Shown one piece after another: positions 58,336 through 64,000 of a stretch of 64,000 bases of DNA. Position numbers and translations under genes: made by a program. The stretch's first letter is position 1; each line of letters opens with the position of its first letter. Source of the stretch: a virus; the IMG/VR virus record IMGVR_UViG_3300037140_000076, positions 32,001 through 96,000 of that record, one strand, 5' to 3'. Under the pieces are notes generated by a model that worked only from the letters and a program-made list of their open reading frames with translations, was not told the DNA's origin and did not search any database.

Positions 58336-60993
58336 ATGTTACCTGAAAGTACACCAATAGATTCGTTACCGGCCCAGATGATTTCTTATAAGCAGAAGGT
58401 AGCGAAGAATAAAAAATGGGGTAAGGCTTGCATGGATGCCTTGGAAACGCTTGGTCGTAGACAATTCTATGAAAATCTGCGTTTTGTAGAGAACTATCAG
58501 ATGGTGAATGGTAAATTTATGCCCCACCATTATATTGAAGAAGAAGGGTATAAGGACATGATTACCCAGTTGACCAGGGAGTTCGAGATTCCGTCAACAT
58601 TAAGACATTACGACATTATAGGTAAGCTCATCAATAATCTCACAGAAAAGCTTAGTGAATTCCCCGATGTATTCCGGGTTGAAGAAATATTCGAATCAGA
58701 TTTAACGAACGAATATGTCCGTACTCAAACGGATCTTATGCATAAATCGGTACAGGCCGATATTAACAACGAAATAATGGCCCGTTTAGTGGCTGAAGGG
58801 ATTGATCCCAATAAACAAGATTTTAAATCTGAAGACGAAGCTATGCAGTATCAGAAAGAGATTCAGGACCTTAAGCAGTCCATGACTCCTCCTCAGATAC
58901 AGAATTATATGGCTACCTCCTGGCAAAGTCAGGGAGAAATATGGGGGGAACATCAACTTACCCTGGACCGTCAAAGATATAAGCTGGATGATATGGAACG
59001 TAAAGAGTTTAGAGATATGCTCTTTACTGATCGTTGTTTTCGTCATTACTTTCTTACTGCTGACGGTTTTGAACAGGAGACATGGAATCCATTAAATACT
59101 TTTGTTCATCTGGCTCCGGAACTTGATTGGGTTCAGGACGGAGATTATGCAGGACGCATAATATACTATACAAAGGCAGATATTATTAAAAGATATGGTT
59201 GGAGAATGAATGATAAAGATCTCAAGGCCCTGGAATCGTTGGATGAGGATGAGGCCGAGAATCTGGATTTTAGTGGTTATCCTTATAAAACTTATGCTCC
59301 TTTCGCAGATCATAAAGCTTATGATATTATAAGAAGAACAAGCGGTTATGATCCAATTCAGAACATACCACTTCTCGGAGATGATACTCTTTTTCAAATA
59401 ACTAATAATCTTCCTTTTGTAGATCGTCAGGCTGGTTTATTTAGGGTAACTGAATCATATTGGCTTAGTCAAAAGAAAATTTCAAAATGGGTTTATATTG
59501 ATCCTCAAACAGGGATGTTAACAAAAGATCTCGTAGATGAAAATTTTGTTTTACCAGACGGAGCCACTGAAGTGAAAGGTGATTTTTTGGATGGTAGTGA
59601 TGTCAATACATTATATACTACCTGGGCAGATGAGCTTTGGTTTGGAATAAAGATTTGTTTTGCTGTTAAGGATACTGACGCTATTTATCTGGGTCTGGAA
59701 CCATGCGATTTTCAATTTAGAAGTGATGAAAATCCATTCCTGGCAAAATTGCCGGTATGTGGACGTATATTCAATAATCGTAATGCTCAATCAATGTCCC
59801 TGGTAGATATGGTTAAACCGCATCAGATTGGATATACTATGTGTATGAATCAAGCTTATCAAATACTTGAAAAAGAAATCGGAAAGTTCATGGTTTGGGA
59901 TGTAGCATTTTTTAACACCTTAAAAGATTGGGGTGGAGAAGATAGTTTCCAGAAAGTGGCATTACTTGCTAAGGAACTCGGTCATGTGTTCGGAGATACT
60001 TCTCCGACTAATATGAAAGGAGCCAATCCAGGAAATACTTTACCGAAAATGGTAGATATGGATCTTACTGCTCAACTTGTTAGTCGTATGAAGGCAGCAG
60101 ACTATTTTGAACAAAAGGCACTTTCACAATTAGGTATTAGTGAACAATTTATAGGGCAAACAAAGGCTACTGAAACGGCTGAAGGAATAAAGAGTTCTAT
60201 CAGTCAGACTCAGCTTACTGTTCAGAAATATTATACAGATTTTTTCCAGTATAAACAACAGTGTCTTTCAATGAATTTAGATATTGCTCAATATGTCCAA
60301 TCTAAAAATAAAGATTTTACAATTAATTATACTAAATCTGATCAGAGCCGTGTATTTATTAAGATGCTTGGTACTGATCTTTTGTTAAGAGATCTTCATG
60401 TGTATGTTGTTAATTCTCAACAACTATTGCAGCAAATGCAACAGTTGAAACAGTTATTCATGAGTAGTAACACAACAGGAGCTTCACCTCTTGATCTGGC
60501 AGAGGTTATTACTGCTACCTCTCCATCAGCTATAAAGGTCAAGCTCAAAGAATCTTTTGAAAAACAACAGCAGCAACAGCAGCAGGAATTCCAGCAGAAG
60601 CAAGATCAGATTAAGGGTGAACAAGACACCGCTATGGAGAAGGAAAATCGCCAGGATAATAGAAATGATCAAAACAATACAACTAAGATCCAGGTTGCTG
60701 AGATTTTGGCTACTAAGGGTTCTACTAAAGAAGCGGCCCCTGAACGTTATGATCAGCAAAGCCAGGGAGATTATGCCCGTTTCAATGCTAAGGCTCAAGT
60801 GGATAGCGATAAAACAAACTTGCAGCGTGAAAAAAACGAGATCGAAAGAGAAAAGAATACAAACACTAATGTATTAAAAGCTAAAGAATTAGATATAAAG
60901 AGGGAAGCAATCGCTGCTAAGAATAGAGAATCTAGTGCAAAAGTTCACGTAGAAAAAATAATTCACAATAAACGTGACCGGAAGACGAAATGA
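58336..60993 (+). CDS. portal protein (crAss-like)
   Basis: 885 aa directly after TerL; LRHYDIIG..IN.L, SLVDMVKPHQ..Y, coiled-coil C-terminus. Confidence 0.8.
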   Translation: MLPESTPIDSLPAQMISYKQKVAKNKKWGKACMDALETLGRRQFYENLRFVENYQMVNGKFMPHHYIEEEGYKDMITQLTREFEIPSTLRHYDIIGKLINNLTEKLSEFPDVFRVEEIFESDLTNEYVRTQTDLMHKSVQADINNEIMARLVAEGIDPNKQDFKSEDEAMQYQKEIQDLKQSMTPPQIQNYMATSWQSQGEIWGEHQLTLDRQRYKLDDMERKEFRDMLFTDRCFRHYFLTADGFEQETWNPLNTFVHLAPELDWVQDGDYAGRIIYYTKADIIKRYGWRMNDKDLKALESLDEDEAENLDFSGYPYKTYAPFADHKAYDIIRRTSGYDPIQNIPLLGDDTLFQITNNLPFVDRQAGLFRVTESYWLSQKKISKWVYIDPQTGMLTKDLVDENFVLPDGATEVKGDFLDGSDVNTLYTTWADELWFGIKICFAVKDTDAIYLGLEPCDFQFRSDENPFLAKLPVCGRIFNNRNAQSMSLVDMVKPHQIGYTMCMNQAYQILEKEIGKFMVWDVAFFNTLKDWGGEDSFQKVALLAKELGHVFGDTSPTNMKGANPGNTLPKMVDMDLTAQLVSRMKAADYFEQKALSQLGISEQFIGQTKATETAEGIKSSISQTQLTVQKYYTDFFQYKQQCLSMNLDIAQYVQSKNKDFTINYTKSDQSRVFIKMLGTDLLLRDLHVYVVNSQQLLQQMQQLKQLFMSSNTTGASPLDLAEVITATSPSAIKVKLKESFEKQQQQQQQEFQQKQDQIKGEQDTAMEKENRQDNRNDQNNTTKIQVAEILATKGSTKEAAPERYDQQSQGDYARFNAKAQVDSDKTNLQREKNEIEREKNTNTNVLKAKELDIKREAIAAKNRESSAKVHVEKIIHNKRDRKTK

Positions 60994-61090
60994 TAATGCG
61001 AGTATGCGTTGAAATTTAGACTTGCTTTTATAATTTCAAAAACATTATATACTTTTACGATCTGCTCAACAAATTAAACCAACAAAGAAT

Positions 61091-62437
61091 ATGTTTGACA
61101 ATTTATCAACTGCGGTAATACCCGCAACCGAAGAAGACATATTATCAGTCTTTGGTGATGAAACAAAGGACAAAAAAGATAAGAAAACTCCTGATAAAAA
61201 TCAAGACCCGAAGGATTTTAAAACAAAGAATCAACCTTCAGGTAAAACCAAAGATAAGAAAACCACATCTGCAACGGGAAATACTGACCTAGTAACAAAG
61301 AAAAATACTCTTACTGATTTTTCTGAAGCGGATGACAAAGATGTTTTTGAATCTCAGGATGACGATGATGATGACGATGATGAACCAGAAGAGGATACAA
61401 CTAAAAAGAAAGTTGTAAAAAAGAAAGATGATGAGGAAGAAGATACTTCTGACGATAATGAGGATAATGAAGATAATGAGGATGCAGAAGACGATAATGA
61501 AGATAAAAATGAGGATGACGATGAGGAAGAAGGTGCTGATGCCGTAGATGAGGAAGCTCAGATAAAGAATTTTTTGAAAACAAGGGCCGATTTTCTTATA
61601 AAGAACGGAGAATGGGTTGATTTTGAAGGAAGTGAAGACGTTGATTGGACTGAAGAAGAATTTGCTAAGATCGAAATTGATCAAAGAAATTATCAGAAAC
61701 AACAAATGTCTGATGAAATCCTGGATAGCTTTGGACCAATCGGAAGAGACATTGCTACTTACGCACAAAATGGCGGGGACCCTGACAAGCTCATTGATAT
61801 TTTTAAAGAACAACAGCGCGTTGAAAATCTTTCAGTTGAAACTGAAGATGGACAAAAAGCTGTAGTACTTAAGTACCAAACTGAATTCCTTAATCAGAAA
61901 CCGGAACGTGTAAAAAAATACATTGATTCTCTGATTGCTGATAAAGATCTTGCTGCTGCTGCAAAAGAAGCTAAAGAAGAAATGGAAGGCATTTTGACTC
62001 AACAATCTGATGAATTACAGAAACAACAGGATACTAAAATAAAAGCTCAAAGAGATAATCAGAAAGCAAGTATTCAAAAGTTTTCAACAGACGTTACTAA
62101 ACTCATAACAGCGGATGCTACCATTCCTGAAGATGAAAAGAAGAAACTGATAAAAGTTCTTACAAAGTACGATAAGAGACTTCCAAATGGAACTCCTGTA
62201 AATGAATTTTATCAAATATTTGCAGATTTAAAAAAAGATTTACCTGGTTATATAAAGTTTGTACGTTTCGCAATGAATCCTGAAAAGTATGAAAAGGCTT
62301 TGAAAACAAAAGGTAATAATGAAGCAACCGATAAAGATTTTAAATTGATTCGGACTGCAAACAAAATAAAGAAAATTAAATCGAAAGACACCGCCTCTAA
62401 AAGCGGAAAGATTGGAACTAAATTCCAGTTATTATAA
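61091..62437 (+). CDS. acidic scaffold-like protein
   Basis: Asp/Glu-rich low-complexity region and coiled coil, between portal and capsid genes. Confidence 0.55.
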   Translation: MFDNLSTAVIPATEEDILSVFGDETKDKKDKKTPDKNQDPKDFKTKNQPSGKTKDKKTTSATGNTDLVTKKNTLTDFSEADDKDVFESQDDDDDDDDEPEEDTTKKKVVKKKDDEEEDTSDDNEDNEDNEDAEDDNEDKNEDDDEEEGADAVDEEAQIKNFLKTRADFLIKNGEWVDFEGSEDVDWTEEEFAKIEIDQRNYQKQQMSDEILDSFGPIGRDIATYAQNGGDPDKLIDIFKEQQRVENLSVETEDGQKAVVLKYQTEFLNQKPERVKKYIDSLIADKDLAAAAKEAKEEMEGILTQQSDELQKQQDTKIKAQRDNQKASIQKFSTDVTKLITADATIPEDEKKKLIKVLTKYDKRLPNGTPVNEFYQIFADLKKDLPGYIKFVRFAMNPEKYEKALKTKGNNEATDKDFKLIRTANKIKKIKSKDTASKSGKIGTKFQLL

Positions 62438-62456
62438 AAAGTAAAAGCAGAATAAT

Positions 62457-64000
62457 ATGTCAACTTTCTCTCTCCCAAGTTTCGCCTCACAGAATGGCTA
62501 TACCGTCATTGCTCGCCATAAAATGGATTGGGGCAAATTTACAGACAGTAATCACATCTATCAGGCTCTTGGACAGCAAGCGTTCATTGATAACCTGGGC
62601 TTGGTAACTCCTTTTAATCAGTATGGTTTGGTGAACACACCAATTCTTAATCTGATTAACGTTAAGAAATCTGCATTATATCTGGATAATGTTGAAGGTA
62701 AATTCCGCTTCCAGATGCCGTATAAGCGTGGTCTTCCTTATGTTGTTGACACATTTTATACAAGTACTATTGAAAGACCCGGATTAGACGGTGCTCGTTT
62801 TATCATTAAATTGAGCGAACCATATACTAACGGTGATGTAATAAGCACAGATCTTCGTAATTCTCCTTCCTTGGTTGTAACTGAAGAAGAAGTTGTTTAT
62901 GAACAAGATGGTTGGTTACACACTGTAGAAGTTGCTTCTCAGAATCGTAAGAATACTTACTACTCTAAGAGATGGCTTAAACCCGGATCTCAGTTCATTA
63001 AAATTGATCATGCGATTGACGAATATTCTTCTCAAGGATCTTCTGTTACTTCTCAGCGTTTAGGTTGGTTAGAAATGGAAGCAAATCTTGGTTCTGGAGA
63101 ACGTAAAGTTGAACACTGGATTACTTTGCAAGGTGCTATCATGGCCCTGGCTGCTGACGATAAATTGAAATCAAAAATCAATGGTCAGTATGACTTAACA
63201 AGTCTTGGTTCTATCCTGGCATTCTTTAATAGAGATAAGAAAGGTAAAAATATTCCTGGCTCTGGTTCATGGTTGGCTACTATTGATGCAATGGTACTTG
63301 CTGAACTTATGGCAATGCAGGAAATGAGTTTCATGTGGGGTAAAGGTGGTGAAGTAAGAGTTTCTGGTCGTAAGACCGTTAAACTTGGGCTTGGTATCTA
63401 CGAACAGTTGCGTACCGGTAACAGAATCACTTATTCTCGTGGACGTTTGAATTTGGATTTGATTGATGCTGCAATTGCGAATTTGTACCGTGGTACAGGT
63501 ATTCCAGTTGAAGATCGTAGAACAACTCTGGAAGTTGGTAGTGGTTTCTTAACTGAAATCTCTAAACTTATCCAGTTGGAAGCTACAAGTAAGAATATTG
63601 GTATCGTTAACACTGATCAGTTAGGTATTATATCTGGTAAGGACCCGATGAATTTAACTTTCGGTTTCAGATTTACCTCATTGAGGTTCCCGAATGCCGG
63701 TCTAGTTGAATTCCGTTTGAACCAGGCTTTTGATACTGAATATGGACTTCGTAACACTGATCGCCTGTATGGTGAATTCCCTGACTATTCTTATTCAGCG
63801 GCTATCCTGGACGTAACTGATGCAAGAGCTTCAAACTCTGCTAAGAAATTTGAAAAGAATGAAATTCGTAATGCAACCGATTTTAACAAAGAAAGCAATT
63901 TCTATCTTGTTAAACCACGCGCTGCTTCTGAAGATTATTGGGGTTATATAGCTGGATCGGTTTCTCCTTATGGTCTATCAAGAACTAAGGGTGCTCTCCA
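62457..64000 (+). CDS. major capsid protein (partial, runs off the window)
   Basis: frame MSTFSLPSFASQNG... absent from the ORF track, consistent with no stop before the window end; FMWGKGG and GIYEQLRTG; position after portal and scaffold. Confidence 0.75.
   Translation, partial: MSTFSLPSFASQNGYTVIARHKMDWGKFTDSNHIYQALGQQAFIDNLGLVTPFNQYGLVNTPILNLINVKKSALYLDNVEGKFRFQMPYKRGLPYVVDTFYTSTIERPGLDGARFIIKLSEPYTNGDVISTDLRNSPSLVVTEEEVVYEQDGWLHTVEVASQNRKNTYYSKRWLKPGSQFIKIDHAIDEYSSQGSSVTSQRLGWLEMEANLGSGERKVEHWITLQGAIMALAADDKLKSKINGQYDLTSLGSILAFFNRDKKGKNIPGSGSWLATIDAMVLAELMAMQEMSFMWGKGGEVRVSGRKTVKLGLGIYEQLRTGNRITYSRGRLNLDLIDAAIANLYRGTGIPVEDRRTTLEVGSGFLTEISKLIQLEATSKNIGIVNTDQLGIISGKDPMNLTFGFRFTSLRFPNAGLVEFRLNQAFDTEYGLRNTDRLYGEFPDYSYSAAILDVTDARASNSAKKFEKNEIRNATDFNKESNFYLVKPRAASEDYWGYIAGSVSPYGLSRTKGAL

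Noticed and set aside
61330-61560. GATGAC/GATAATGAG tandem-like repeats
   Set aside because: Explained by the Asp/Glu-rich low-complexity protein coding sequence.
1-64000. Stop-codon reassignment as in some crAss-like phages
   Set aside because: Long genes are intact in code 11, TAG and TGA end genes normally, and no CTA/TCA suppressor tRNA was found.

Overview
This is a 64-kb stretch of a large lytic tailed phage infecting a Bacteroidota host. The host is inferred from repeated TTTG-N20-TAnnTTTG promoters and the lack of Shine-Dalgarno sites. The family-B polymerase, primase, terminase, portal and capsid layout is crAss-like or related. Bases 1-37.9 kb are read almost entirely leftward: RecA, nucleotide and RNA-repair enzymes, a replication module, a tmRNA/ncRNA operon and small early genes. 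A non-coding strand-switch region (37.9-40 kb) holds a highly paired ~800-nt candidate RNA and eight 18-bp repeats. From 39.4 kb the genes run rightward: 25 tRNAs plus several tRNA-like RNAs, homing endonucleases, a glycosylation/hydroxylation/acetylation cassette, then TerL, portal, an acidic scaffold-like protein and the major capsid protein (cut by the window end). The most striking observation is that three tRNA arrays each sit behind a promoter, a short leader ORF, an antiterminator and an intrinsic terminator. In two of them the leader codon run matches the downstream tRNA set exactly: SYYSLSLLLSSY precedes Leu x3/Ser x2/Tyr, and TRFFWHQPTPQ precedes Pro/Thr/Phe/Gln x2/His/Arg/Trp. This suggests ribosome-mediated attenuation that switches on phage tRNAs when the matching host tRNAs are depleted. 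All calls were made by eye, with no database searches or folding runs.
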